From Thermofilaceae archaeon (lineage in GTDB: Archaea; Thermoproteota; Thermoprotei; Thermofilales; Thermofilaceae), in the NCBI GenBank assembly GCA_038861545.1, contig JAWCCZ010000003.1, positions 160,001 through 224,000 of the forward strand: DNA of 64,000 bases, in the 5' to 3' direction. The position numbers and the translations under genes were made by a program. The notes beneath the pieces are model-generated. The model did not search any database, was not told the origin of the DNA, and saw only the letters and a list, made by a program, of their open reading frames with translations. The first letter of the stretch is position 1; the number at the start of each line of letters is the position of its first letter. Shown here in pieces: positions 40,911 through 51,859 of this stretch.

Positions 40911-42143
40911 ATGTTAGATAAAAAAGTAACTATTATATTTTTCACGCCGTATCTATTACCTATCCCTGGAGCAGTTTGGAGACGTATAGGGTATTTCTCA
41001 GAATATCTTAAGCAAAAAGGTTTTGATACCTACATAATTGGGGCTATTACTTTAGAAAGAGATATAGCAAAAATAATATCTCAAATTAAGAAATTAACCA
41101 AAGATTACTATTTTAAAGTATTTAATTTTCAACTTATGATACCTTTTTCTTTTTGGCCAATCCAAATTTTCAATGCAATCATAGGATCGTTTCCAAATAT
41201 CATTCTTTTGCTTTTGCTTAAACCTAAAGTGGTTGTCATATCTATTCCATACATTGAGTTTCTCCCCTTAACTTTTCTTGGTGCTAGGCTTACTGGTGCT
41301 AAAATCGTCATCGATGTTCGTGATCCGATGGAATATTGGGTTTCTTGGAACAAAGGTTTAACTAAAAAACTTTTCATACTAATTGCAAGACTCAATTATT
41401 TTTTGATGAAAAATGCTCACGTTATAATCACCGTGACTCCGGAGTTAGCTAGGTTTCTATCACGCAACGGAGTTTATGCACATGTTATTAGAAACGGTGC
41501 GGATATTAGGGCCTTCAAACCTTATAGGAAAGAGAATGCAAGAAGACATCTTGGATTAGCTGAGAACATGTTTATCATGGTTATGAATGGCTATTTGGGC
41601 GGATATTATGATGCTAAACCTCTTCTTAAGGCCATTGAACTAATTCCATATAATTTTAAGAGAAGGATATTACTACTGGTTGTCGGTGGTTTTAGCGACC
41701 CTAACTACGCTCGAGAATTCGCAGTCTATGTAGTGAAAAAGCGCTTGAATGAAAACGTGAAAATACTGGGCAAAGTGATGGACGCTGACAAACTAACTAA
41801 GATACTGTCAGCCGCTGACATAGGTCTAGTACCCTATACCGAGGATCCTCTTCTCGATTTCGCGATTCCTGCAAAGTTCTACGAATATATAGCTTGCGGG
41901 ATTCCTGTACTTGCTTTAACAAGAAAAGGCTCGGCCCTGTGGAACATAGTTAACAGCTGGGGGGTTGGTTACGCTTTAGAACCGCACGATGTCAGCTCTA
42001 TCGCGAATGCTTTACTTGATGCACTTAATACCAGCGGTCATTTCTTTAAGAGAGAAAAAATACTTAGACTGAGAAGCGTAATAGACAGAAGTCGCGAAGC
42101 AGAAAGACTGTTTCTCTTAGTCAGAAAGTTAGTAAACGAATAA
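40911..42143 (+). CDS. GT4 glycosyltransferase
   Basis: DVRDP, IRNGAD, PAKFYEYIACGIP. Confidence 0.88.
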   Translation: MLDKKVTIIFFTPYLLPIPGAVWRRIGYFSEYLKQKGFDTYIIGAITLERDIAKIISQIKKLTKDYYFKVFNFQLMIPFSFWPIQIFNAIIGSFPNIILLLLLKPKVVVISIPYIEFLPLTFLGARLTGAKIVIDVRDPMEYWVSWNKGLTKKLFILIARLNYFLMKNAHVIITVTPELARFLSRNGVYAHVIRNGADIRAFKPYRKENARRHLGLAENMFIMVMNGYLGGYYDAKPLLKAIELIPYNFKRRILLLVVGGFSDPNYAREFAVYVVKKRLNENVKILGKVMDADKLTKILSAADIGLVPYTEDPLLDFAIPAKFYEYIACGIPVLALTRKGSALWNIVNSWGVGYALEPHDVSSIANALLDALNTSGHFFKREKILRLRSVIDRSREAERLFLLVRKLVNE

Positions 42144-42148
42144 GATCT

Positions 42149-45100
42149 ATGAGTATTCTATTCAGAATCAAACTTAGTATACTTTTAATTTTTCTTTCAT
42201 TGATTACGACAGCTGTTTTCTCATACTTGCTTGCCATACGTATCAAGTATCCCGATACGATGAGGTTCGTCGTAGCTAACACTATTTCATTGATCTCGTT
42301 ATTCTTCTTGCTACACTCGCGTTCTAATTACCATAAACTTAAATTATTAATTAAAAATGTAAAATATATTTCTGTAACATTTTTATTAATGATATTTTTA
42401 TTATTACTATTTAATATAAATAGCTTTATAAATTTATTTTTGTCCCATATCCTTATCCTAATCAGTGGGATATCTATTGTTAATATATTAGGCAAAAAAC
42501 ATTTCAATTTCCTTGTAAAATTGATTATCAGTTATTTTTTAGGGGCTTTGGAATTTGGTCTTTTAGTCTTGATTATATCGACTTTGCTTTATCCTATGAA
42601 TTACTTTTCATCAACCGCTATCTTCAGAATGTTCCTTATTACAGTAGCTATACTGCAAAATCTTCATTTGGTAAGAGTTACTAAAAACGAATTAATTGTA
42701 GAATTTAAACTGGGAATTTCATTGAAAAAGATGATTATGTATGCCGCACTGATTATGACATTATGGTTTTTTGTTATATATTATCCTTTAAAATATTTGA
42801 TTTTAGCTCTTGCTGTAACTGATTTTTCGATTCATTTTAGGATGGCCGTTAATATAATTCGAAATCCTTTGTTACTTATCAAAGTTTATTCTAGTGATTA
42901 TCCACTTTACCATGCATACCTGGGGGCATCTATGATACTATCAAACAATTTTGATTTCGCCCATAATTTTATTATTTCCACAATGTTTCAGCAACTGTTA
43001 CTCGTAGTTGCTGCTACTGTGTATATTCAAGCAGTATTAAGAACTAGCAACTTTAGATCGGTTTTACTGACTCCTTTAGCTTTGCTAATTTTCACTCAAA
43101 TGGGTTGGTCTTACTTAATAGTATATCCTCCTCCAACTCCGGATAGATGGTTTGAGGTGTTAATTCAAGCTAATGAAAAAATATATAGAACCACTATGTA
43201 TTGTCAGCTAACTTATTTCTGGCCGGCTCCCATTGGTCTTGGGATAACCTTATATCTATTATTTTTATCAATGATCATAAAATCTGACAATTATGGAAGA
43301 ATAATAACGGTATTGTTATCGTTTATGTTATCGACAACACATCTCCCCGAGAGTATTTTCCTCTGCATCGTCCTTGCGTCGTCAGTTTTTTTGAACTCGT
43401 CAAGTTTAATAAAAGGTTTTGTATTAGGCTCTTTGATTGGAGTTTCCCTGATGCTTGTTCTCGATATAATCCTACTAAGATCTATTCAAATACAAATAAA
43501 TTGGGTAATTGTATATTTAATTATACTTCTACCATGTATTGCTTTATTACTTAATAAGATAAAATACGTGCGAATTTTCATATCACGCCTGCATTTCAAA
43601 TTTACAAATCTTTTGAATAGTGAGTCAAATCAAGCAATAGTATTTTTCATCTATATATTTTTCTTAGCTGGTTTGCTTGCAGCATTTGATCACTCGACTG
43701 AATTTGCAGTTAGTAAGGCTGATCCGGGAAATGTTGTCGGTTTAGTTCCCTGGTTTGCGTACTCTCTGATCATCGGTCCTGCACTACCCTTAGGTTTGAC
43801 CGAATTATTACTCAATCGTTCTCTTGATGAAAAATCAAGGAATTTAACTTTAATGATAATAATTACGGCTATTTTGATCGGTAAGTCTTCTTCGTATATT
43901 AACCTTAGCATACATTCTGGCTATTGGGGTGAGAAAAGGTTCCTAGTTTTCATCTACTTAGCGCTACTCCCATATTCGATATCGCTGATCGATCGCACTC
44001 TGGAGTACTTATTTAACGGTTTGAATCGCAAAAGAACATTTTTGCTCTATTTACTCATTCCCATTATTTTAGTGTTATCTTTTGGGAATATCCTTAATTA
44101 TTCGGCTTACTGGGAGATTTTCTCGTACAGAACGCTGATGACCGATTCTGAACGAGTCTTAGTGCAGTACATGGCGGATACGTTGTGGCGGGATCCCGCA
44201 AGGTGGGTTCTTCCCTCCAGTTCCAGAATCCGTGCTGTAACTATTCACGCAGCACCTATATATAATACTAACATCCTACTCCCTATTGATAAAATACATC
44301 AACCTGAGTACTTATTCTGGATGCTAAATGCTTATGATCTTGATGCACCCTACTTTGTTACAAGTAAAGGAGGGAGTAACGAGTTGCTAAAAGCCGCTGG
44401 CAAGAAGCTCTTTGAGGTGGGGGATTTCGAGGTCTATGATATACCCCGTTTGTCACCTATTATGAGGAAGAGCGAGAGTGTGCTTCTAAAGCCTTTGCCC
44501 GATGAGGGTACGGTCAGGGATTTCGCCTATACGGCTTTACTTCTCTCCAGGCTTGCTCTCAATTACACGGTTGCGAATATCTTTGATGCATTAGCTGAAA
44601 ATTATTCCACTTGGTTATTGCCTTTCGACACGTGTGATCCGCTAATCCTAGAAGCTCTAAAGGGAGGTGTAGCTATTAATCCTCGTTCAGTGGTCGTGAT
44701 TAACTTAGGACCTCATGCTTGCCTTTACGATATTGTGAAGTCGGACGCTGCTGTGAGAAGTTTTTCAAGAGTTGAACTTGAGGCCTTTGAGGGTTCTATG
44801 AACGGAAAAAGCATAGTTTACATAAAGATTAATAGTTCGATCAATACTATATTGTGGGATAACGCAACTTTAAACGCTCTTCACGCTATGCTCTCGAAGT
44901 ATTTGAGGAGTTTTGTGCAAGCACAGTGGAGTTGGTGGGAAGGAAGCGGTAATGTTGGTGCAACGACTTTAACCGCAAGGGATGCGGTTTTAAGCGCTAG
45001 ATCTATAGTTGTCATGAGTGAAGAGACGCCGCTGTGCATTGGCGATGCATGCTTTTCAGATGCCAGGTTCGTTCAGATTCTACAGTTAGGCGATACCCCT

Positions 45101-45610
45101 CTCCTCAAAGTTGACTACATCGCGATAACGAGGGGTTACGGCTACTACGTGGAGGCGAAGTGTGCGAACGCCACTTTACTGCCGCAGAGCATGATCCTTA
45201 TTTATTCAAAGGAAGGGGTTTTGCATGCTCTTAGGTTAGATAAGCCCCTATCGCTTGCAAGGAATCTAACTCTGCTAGCGAGGGACCTCTCAATTACCTC
45301 GGCTGAAGCGGTCCTCAATACCTACTCTCAAAGGCTTGCAGGACCGTTTTTACCCGGAGAGATGCTTATGAAAGGAGGCACTATAAACATCAAGTACTTA
45401 CAAGGTAGTAGTAACTTTCATGTTCTAAATGTTTCAATTACTGGTTCAAGGGTTATTCTCTCCTCAGTTTCCAATGTATATGATGACTTTACTGCTATAA
45501 CAAAAACATTTAAATATATATTACTCATAGTGATATTTTCAACAATTTATTATTTTTATCTTCTCTATCGATTGCGCAAGGAAAAGCTCTCCAAATCGGG
45601 AGATGGTTAA
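42149..45610 (+). CDS. Large polytopic membrane protein, putative GT-C fold, with C-terminal extracellular domain and TM
   Basis: Many TM segments; loop motifs TDFSIH, DYPLYH, EKRF; about 450-aa soluble region; terminal TM. Confidence 0.6.
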   Translation: MSILFRIKLSILLIFLSLITTAVFSYLLAIRIKYPDTMRFVVANTISLISLFFLLHSRSNYHKLKLLIKNVKYISVTFLLMIFLLLLFNINSFINLFLSHILILISGISIVNILGKKHFNFLVKLIISYFLGALEFGLLVLIISTLLYPMNYFSSTAIFRMFLITVAILQNLHLVRVTKNELIVEFKLGISLKKMIMYAALIMTLWFFVIYYPLKYLILALAVTDFSIHFRMAVNIIRNPLLLIKVYSSDYPLYHAYLGASMILSNNFDFAHNFIISTMFQQLLLVVAATVYIQAVLRTSNFRSVLLTPLALLIFTQMGWSYLIVYPPPTPDRWFEVLIQANEKIYRTTMYCQLTYFWPAPIGLGITLYLLFLSMIIKSDNYGRIITVLLSFMLSTTHLPESIFLCIVLASSVFLNSSSLIKGFVLGSLIGVSLMLVLDIILLRSIQIQINWVIVYLIILLPCIALLLNKIKYVRIFISRLHFKFTNLLNSESNQAIVFFIYIFFLAGLLAAFDHSTEFAVSKADPGNVVGLVPWFAYSLIIGPALPLGLTELLLNRSLDEKSRNLTLMIIITAILIGKSSSYINLSIHSGYWGEKRFLVFIYLALLPYSISLIDRTLEYLFNGLNRKRTFLLYLLIPIILVLSFGNILNYSAYWEIFSYRTLMTDSERVLVQYMADTLWRDPARWVLPSSSRIRAVTIHAAPIYNTNILLPIDKIHQPEYLFWMLNAYDLDAPYFVTSKGGSNELLKAAGKKLFEVGDFEVYDIPRLSPIMRKSESVLLKPLPDEGTVRDFAYTALLLSRLALNYTVANIFDALAENYSTWLLPFDTCDPLILEALKGGVAINPRSVVVINLGPHACLYDIVKSDAAVRSFSRVELEAFEGSMNGKSIVYIKINSSINTILWDNATLNALHAMLSKYLRSFVQAQWSWWEGSGNVGATTLTARDAVLSARSIVVMSEETPLCIGDACFSDARFVQILQLGDTPLLKVDYIAITRGYGYYVEAKCANATLLPQSMILIYSKEGVLHALRLDKPLSLARNLTLLARDLSITSAEAVLNTYSQRLAGPFLPGEMLMKGGTINIKYLQGSSNFHVLNVSITGSRVILSSVSNVYDDFTAITKTFKYILLIVIFSTIYYFYLLYRLRKEKLSKSGDG

Positions 45611-45689
45611 GTTGTTCGTGACATAGATGAATATTCTGCTTGAAAAAGAGTCCTCGTGAACTAAAGTTGTTCTAACCGAAGCGTTTAGT

Positions 45690-46934
45690 ATGGGTCTGGT
45701 TGATCTTGGAGTATTGGTAGTTTCGGCTCGCGTCGGTACGTCTCCTGAAGCTATACCATACTCGTTTGTGTTTGATGAAGTGGTGAGGCTAGCTAAGAGG
45801 GGGGTAGAGGTTCATGTTGTTAGGTTAGACCCTGAAAAGTCCGGTGGGTACTGTCTATCTTATGGTGTTCATTTTCACAGTATAAAACCAAAAATGAATC
45901 TTAGAGTAATGGATACTTTAATTTGTAGTTTAATGAGAAGCCTTCCTTTAGGGGTTTTTAGGAATTTATCCAATATGTACCTGGAGAGTTATTACGCGAT
46001 GCATGCCGCGGAGTTACTCCGGACTCTGGATCTTGTCCACGCGCATTTCGCCTATCCTGAGGGGTTGGTGGGCTATTTGGCAGCGGTTAAAGTTGGCAAG
46101 CCGCTAATTATTACGGTGCACGGCTACGATATTTTGACGGAGCCATCCATCGGATACGGGGTGAGGCTTAGTAAAAGGTATGATTTTCTCGTCAGGAAAG
46201 TGCTGAATGCGGCGGACGCTGTGATTTGCAATAGTAGAGCGCTGTACAGGGAAGTTAGAAGGATAGCGAAGAGTAAAGATAAGGTTCATCTGATATTCAA
46301 TGGTGTTGATCTCAAACGATTCAATCCCAATATAGATCTTCTCGAAGCTCGAAGGAGGCTCGGCTTACTTTTAGATCACTTCTTAGTCTTTACAGTAAGG
46401 CCTCATGCACCTAAATACGGGATAGAGTACATGATCCGCGCCATCCCTTACGTTGTCAGCCGTAGGGAGGACGTCCTCTTTGTGGTAGGTGGTGAGGGTC
46501 CGCAGAGACGGTACCACGAGGAGCTCGCTAAGGGGTTAGGTGTTGCTGATCGAATTATTTTTACTGGAGCTATACCGCAGGCCTTTCTTCACCTTTACTA
46601 CGCTGCCTGCGATGTTGTAATTGTGCCATCGCTTCAGGAAGCTTGGGGTTTAGTCGTGACGGAGGCCCTTGCTTCGGAGAAGCCGGTGATCGGTTCGAAC
46701 GTGGGTGGTATTAAGGATCAGATAATAGATGGCTTTAACGGTTTTCTCGTTCCTCCCCGCGACTCTCAGGCTATCGCCGAGAGGATTTTGTACTTTATTG
46801 ATAACCCGAGTGAGGCGAGGAGGATGGGCATGAATGGTCGGCGGCTTGCTGAAGAGAGTTTTAATATCGAAAAGAGAATCTGTAAGATCATTCAATTGTA
46901 CGAGAGGGTTTTATCGGAGCGTAAAGGCGGGTAA
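45690..46934 (+). CDS. GT4 glycosyltransferase
   Basis: HAHFAYP, TVHGYD, NGVD, EAWGLVVTEA, VGGIKD. Confidence 0.9.
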   Translation: MGLVDLGVLVVSARVGTSPEAIPYSFVFDEVVRLAKRGVEVHVVRLDPEKSGGYCLSYGVHFHSIKPKMNLRVMDTLICSLMRSLPLGVFRNLSNMYLESYYAMHAAELLRTLDLVHAHFAYPEGLVGYLAAVKVGKPLIITVHGYDILTEPSIGYGVRLSKRYDFLVRKVLNAADAVICNSRALYREVRRIAKSKDKVHLIFNGVDLKRFNPNIDLLEARRRLGLLLDHFLVFTVRPHAPKYGIEYMIRAIPYVVSRREDVLFVVGGEGPQRRYHEELAKGLGVADRIIFTGAIPQAFLHLYYAACDVVIVPSLQEAWGLVVTEALASEKPVIGSNVGGIKDQIIDGFNGFLVPPRDSQAIAERILYFIDNPSEARRMGMNGRRLAEESFNIEKRICKIIQLYERVLSERKGG

Positions 46935-46940
46935 GGCGTA

Positions 46941-47776
46941 ATGTCGCGCTTAATGCGTGCTCTCGCTAGGGCTTTTATCTGGCGTAGGATTATTCGCAGC
47001 TTTCGCGGTTTAACGCTCACCTCACAGTTAAATCTTTTTGTAAGCGCGCTTGCAGACATTCTTGCATCCTTAATTGTAAAACCGAGCAATCCCTTACTGC
47101 TTCTATCCGGCTTGTACTTGTCCTCTGAGGGGTTAACGGTGTATGCGAGAGGTGGGACGGAGGATTTGTACCATTTGCTTCCTGGGAGGGAAGGGAGTGT
47201 TGATCTAGTGATCAGGCGCATGCTTCGCTCTGGTGACGTGTTTGTAGATGTAGGAGCTAACGTTGGTTACTACACGTTGCTGGCTGCAAGGAAGGGTTGC
47301 AAAGTCATAGCTGTGGAGCCAGTGCCTCAGACGCTGGCGGTTCTCAGGATAAACCTCCAGCTTAACCGGTTGGAGGATCTCGTGACTGTCGTTGGGAAGT
47401 GTGCGTGAGCTCAAGGGGGTATGTGAAGTTGGCTATTCCATGGGACAAGTTCTTTGGTTTAGCCTCTGCCGTCTTGAATAGGGGTAAGAGTGCTACTGTT
47501 GAGGTCGAGTGTGTTGATTTGGACAGTGTGCTTTGCAGCTACCCCGAGATCAGGTTGATGAAGATTTATGTAGAGGGAGCCGAGTACGAAGTACTTAAGG
47601 GAGCGGATAATGCACTGAGGAAGACCGACTTCATTGTTATCGAGCTTACTCGAGACATGAGAGACATTATTGGCTTGCTATTGAAGAAAGGGTACAGAAT
47701 CAAGCATTTAGGATTCTCGACGTACATTCTAGCTTTCAACGCTATTAAGATCGTTGAAGAAGGGCGAAGATGCTAA
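46941..47776 (+). pseudogene. FkbM family methyltransferase, frameshifted
   Basis: FVDVGANVGYY and AVEP in first ORF, KIYVEGAE in second; one missing base near 47407. Confidence 0.82.
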
Positions 47777-48386
47777 TTTTACGAGTGTTGCTTTCTCAAG
47801 TGTCTGAATACATTACTTTTTCCCGTGCACGATACGCTGATTTCAGAAGCGCTGTAGTGACTGATCGCGGCTCTAGAATAGTGATTTGCGAGGGGCTGAT
47901 TCGACGAGCGCCCACTAGTTAGGGTGGGTGAAGCCGGCAGTGTAGTCAGTGTTCCCAGCTTGGTTGTGCGTGCAGAATTGAGAGGCCTGCTGATTCCTGA
48001 GCTGTTTCGTTCTTATGCAACAATATGTTCCGTTTTCCGGAAGATAGCGTATAAAGAACGTTGCGATTAGTTACTACTAACTTGTCTCATGCATACAGAA
48101 AGCAATCTACTTCTACATTTACGTGGAGGTAGAGGGATGGGAGAATCAGGTAATATAACGGCAGTAATGTGTCATTCAGGGACATGTCAGCGTTTTTGGC
48201 GGCATTGTGATAAGGTATAAAAACAGCATTAACAAGAAGTGAGCCTCAGGCTCACACTTTTATTGGAAGATAGTGAGAGCGAGTATCAGATTGCTGCTAG
48301 GACTTACTCAGTTTATAGGTGGTGAATGTGACGTGACAGAAAACGTCCAAAGTATTTTATACTAGGTGCATGGTTCTGCTTTTACA

Positions 48387-49451
48387 ATGAAGGGTGTTAT
48401 TCTTCATGGGGGTGCTGGTACTCGTTTGAGGCCTTTGACGTTTTCGGGTCCGAAGCAGTTGATTGAGGTGGCGGGGAAGCCTGTTTCTCAGTGGGTGCTG
48501 GAGGATCTGGTGTCTGCTGGGGTTCGGGAGGTGGCTATCGTGCTGGGCGATGTATTTCCGGAGCTAGTGGTGCAGTACTACGGTGATGGGTCGCGCTTCG
48601 GAGCGAGGGTGAGTTACGTGCACCAGGGGAAGCCGCTAGGGATTGCGCACGCTGTCGGTCTCTGCCGCGATTTCGTGGGGAGCGACAGCTTCGTCGTCTA
48701 CTTGGGTGATAACCTTCTCCAGCACGGTATCAAGGAGTACGTGAGGAGCTTTGTGGGGGGTGGCTACGATGCGCTAGTGCTTTTGAAGGAGGTGGAGGAT
48801 CCAACGCGCTTCGGCGTTGCGCAGCTCGACGAGAGGGGACGTTTGGTACGGCTAGTGGAGAAACCGAAGTCTCCTCCAAGCAACCTCGCGCTCGTTGGTG
48901 TCTACTTCTTTAAATCCATTATTTTCAAAGCTATCGACGAGATCGAGCCGAGCTGGCGCAGTGAGCTGGAGATCACAGACGCGCTCCAAAAGCTAATCGA
49001 TTGGGGCTGCAACGTGGGTTACCGGATTATAGAGGGCTGGTGGCTGGATACGGGGAAGAAGGATGACATCCTCACGGCGAACTATCTCCTCTTGGACGGG
49101 AAGGCTGAGCGGAAGATCGAGGGTGAGATGGTCAACTCGAGAGTCGAGGGTAGGGTTACCGTCTGCAAGGGAGCAAGGATCGTTGATAGTACAGTCCGAG
49201 GTCCCGCTTTCATTGGAGAGGGGACAATCGTCGAGCATTCGTTCATTGGTCCCTACACGAGCTTAAGTAAGAGCGTTAAAGTCGTCGAGAGCTCTCTCGA
49301 ATACTGCGTCGTGTTAGAGGGAGCTTGGATTGAGAGCGTGGAGAGGATGGAGGAGAGCCTTGTCGGCCGTCACGCGAAGGTAGTGAAGAGGAGTAAGGAT
49401 GGGAGAGCGCTGAGACTTAACATAGGGGATTACTCGGAAGTATATTTGTAG
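48387..49451 (+). CDS. rmlA: Glucose-1-phosphate thymidylyltransferase (long form)
   Basis: GGAGTRLRPLT..PKQL, PLGIAHAV, YLGDN, ELEITDA, WLDTG. Confidence 0.92.
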   Translation: MKGVILHGGAGTRLRPLTFSGPKQLIEVAGKPVSQWVLEDLVSAGVREVAIVLGDVFPELVVQYYGDGSRFGARVSYVHQGKPLGIAHAVGLCRDFVGSDSFVVYLGDNLLQHGIKEYVRSFVGGGYDALVLLKEVEDPTRFGVAQLDERGRLVRLVEKPKSPPSNLALVGVYFFKSIIFKAIDEIEPSWRSELEITDALQKLIDWGCNVGYRIIEGWWLDTGKKDDILTANYLLLDGKAERKIEGEMVNSRVEGRVTVCKGARIVDSTVRGPAFIGEGTIVEHSFIGPYTSLSKSVKVVESSLEYCVVLEGAWIESVERMEESLVGRHAKVVKRSKDGRALRLNIGDYSEVYL

Positions 49452-49498
49452 CTAGTTACTAAGATAAAGTATTTAGTACTAAAGTTTGAGAGAGGAGT

Positions 49499-50026
49499 AT
49501 GCCTCTCTTAGGTAGCGCACGGGAGCTGTCGCTCTTAGGCGTAAAGCTGGCGGATCTAGCGGTTATGCCGGATGAAAGAGGTTTTTTCGCCGAGATTTTC
49601 AGGAAGGATTGGCTGTTGTTCGAAGACGAAATCGTTCAGGCTAACCTTTCCTTCACATACCCTGGCATGGTGAGGGCTTGGCATCGGCACTTGAGGGGTC
49701 AAGTGGACTACTTTCTCGTTGTCGTTGGCTCAATAAAGGTCTGCGCTTATGACGATGAGACAAAACAGCTAGTAGAAGTAATTCTATCCGATAGGAGGCC
49801 TCAGATCCTAAGGGTTCCAGGCCACTATTGGCACGGCTTCAAGGTAGTGGGAAACGGGTCGGCAATCCACGTGTACTTCGTAAATAAACTCTACAATTAT
49901 ACTAACCCGGATGAAGAGAGAAGGCCTTGGAACGACCCGGCCGTAGTACCCCTAGCTATTAACGGAAGGAAGGATGACCCACGCTGCGGGAAGCCGTGGG
50001 ACTGGTTCTACCCACCGCACCGGTGA
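49499..50026 (+). CDS. rmlC: dTDP-4-dehydrorhamnose 3,5-epimerase
   Basis: DERGFFAE, RAWH, HGF, DEERRPWND. Confidence 0.9.
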   Translation: MPLLGSARELSLLGVKLADLAVMPDERGFFAEIFRKDWLLFEDEIVQANLSFTYPGMVRAWHRHLRGQVDYFLVVVGSIKVCAYDDETKQLVEVILSDRRPQILRVPGHYWHGFKVVGNGSAIHVYFVNKLYNYTNPDEERRPWNDPAVVPLAINGRKDDPRCGKPWDWFYPPHR

Positions 50027-50030
50027 GAGC

Positions 50031-50939
50031 GTGAAGCTACTACTCACGGGAGCGAGCAGCCTTCCTGGCTTCCGCACCGTTGAGGAAGCACTAGAAAGGA
50101 GGTTCGAGGTTGTTGCAGTTCACCACACAAACCCTGTACCGCTAGAGCATGAGCAGCTAAGGAAGATGCGAATCGATCTAACCGACTTCTCCGCTATGCG
50201 TGAGCTAGTCTTGAGGGAAAAGCCCAACACTGTAGTGCACATGGCGGCTTTAGGCGATGTTGACCTCTGCGAGAGGAATCGCGCCCTAGCTTGGAAGGTG
50301 AACGTTGAGGCGACAAGCGAGCTGGCAAGGGTGGCTGAGCGTATTGGAGCTTATCTCCTTTACCTCTCGACTGATTACGTCTTTGATGGGGGAAGGGGGA
50401 TGTACGCTGAGAGTGATCCGCCTAACCCGGTTAACTACTACGGTTTAACAAAGATGGCGGGTGAGGTTGCTGTAAAGACAGCTTGCAGCGAGTGGTGCAT
50501 AGTTAGGACGAGCAGCATCTACGGGCTGGGCCCCGGTAGAGCCAATTTCGCTAAATTCCTAGCTGAGAGGCTGAGCAGGAGTGAGCCTGTTAAAGCGCTA
50601 ATCGATCAATATACTTCTCCTGCTCATGCCCGCTTACTGGCCTGCTCCGTGTTAGAGCTTCTGGAGAAGCGGGCTACCGGTATTTACCACGTAGTGGGGG
50701 AAAGGATGAGCAGGTACGAGTTTGCATTGAGGGTAGCCGAGGCGCTCGGTTTTGATAGGAACCTAGTCGGGACTGCTGGGATGGAGGAATTTAAGTGGCT
50801 CGCGAGGAGGCCGAAAGACTCCAGTCTCTCCTTCGAGAATACGAAGAGGGTTCTCTCGACACGCTTCTACGATACTCAGCTCGCAATGCAAACCTTGAGG
50901 AAGGAGTGGGAGGGGATGCATCAATGCGCGTCGTCGTGA
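50031..50939 (+). CDS. rmlD: dTDP-4-dehydrorhamnose reductase
   Basis: GTG start at 50031; VDLCE, STDYVFDG, YGLTK, RPKDSSL. Confidence 0.88.
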   Translation: MKLLLTGASSLPGFRTVEEALERRFEVVAVHHTNPVPLEHEQLRKMRIDLTDFSAMRELVLREKPNTVVHMAALGDVDLCERNRALAWKVNVEATSELARVAERIGAYLLYLSTDYVFDGGRGMYAESDPPNPVNYYGLTKMAGEVAVKTACSEWCIVRTSSIYGLGPGRANFAKFLAERLSRSEPVKALIDQYTSPAHARLLACSVLELLEKRATGIYHVVGERMSRYEFALRVAEALGFDRNLVGTAGMEEFKWLARRPKDSSLSFENTKRVLSTRFYDTQLAMQTLRKEWEGMHQCASS

Positions 50940-51859
50940 CCGGTGGCTCGGGTTATATAGGCTCTCTTCTCATTCGAAGGCTCCCCTTCTCAAGTGGCTT
51001 TGAGGGTTGTACGGTGAGGATCTTCGACAGCATGGCGGGCGACAAGTATTACTCGCTCTTCGACTTACCTGACGCTAGGTACGAGTTCCTGCTGGGCGAC
51101 ATTGGAAGGGAAGAGGATCTGAGAAGGGCCTTGAGTAACGCGGATATAGTCTTCGATCTGGCCGGGATCACGAGCGTTCCCCTCTCGTACAGGTTAGAGG
51201 AGCGGACAATGAAGGTAAACGTAGAGGGGGCGAAGAGGCTGGCTGAAGTCGCTGCAGATACAGGGGTGGAGCGCATTATCTATGCATCCTCTGCTGCTGT
51301 TTATGGGAATGTGAATGGAATTGTGGCCGAGGATCACCCTTGTAATCCGGAGAGTCCCTATGCCAAGTCGAAATTTCTGGCTGAACAGGTTTACCTGCAA
51401 GTGTGGAAGGAAAGTGGGTTAAAGGTTTCAATACTACGGTTGGGGACTGTTTACGGCTATGCTCCTGGGATGCGATTTGACACTGTTGTGAACCGTTTCG
51501 CTTTCCTCGCCGCCATCGGTGAACCGTTCACCGTCTGGAGAGGTGCTGAGGAGGCCCTGAGACCTTACCTCTACGTTGGCGACGCTATCGAAGCATTCTT
51601 ACTCGTTGCCGTAAACCCGGCAACAGTTGGCAGAGTGTTTAACGTTACGACCGAGAATGCTAGTCTCTTACAGGTCATCGGTGCTATCAGGAAATGTATA
51701 CCAGACGTGAAAGTGAAGGTGGTGGAACCACCTTATAAGCAGCAGACATCGTACGGCCTCAACGATAGCATGATCCGCGCGCTGGGCTACCAGCCGAAAG
51801 GGTCCCTTGAGAAGGGCGTGAAGGAGGTGGTAGAGCGCTTCAAAGCTTTCCTAAGATAA
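50924..51859 (+). CDS. NAD-dependent epimerase/dehydratase (extended SDR)
   Basis: ATG at 50924; GGSGYIG, SSAAVYG, YAKSK, RLGTVYG..GMRFD. Confidence 0.85.
   Translation: MRVVVTGGSGYIGSLLIRRLPFSSGFEGCTVRIFDSMAGDKYYSLFDLPDARYEFLLGDIGREEDLRRALSNADIVFDLAGITSVPLSYRLEERTMKVNVEGAKRLAEVAADTGVERIIYASSAAVYGNVNGIVAEDHPCNPESPYAKSKFLAEQVYLQVWKESGLKVSILRLGTVYGYAPGMRFDTVVNRFAFLAAIGEPFTVWRGAEEALRPYLYVGDAIEAFLLVAVNPATVGRVFNVTTENASLLQVIGAIRKCIPDVKVKVVEPPYKQQTSYGLNDSMIRALGYQPKGSLEKGVKEVVERFKAFLR

Noticed and set aside
47905-47935. cccac..tagggtggg hairpin resembling an IS200/IS605 end (similar motif near 40193)
   Set aside because: Stems are short and no tnpA/tnpB remnant is recognisable nearby.
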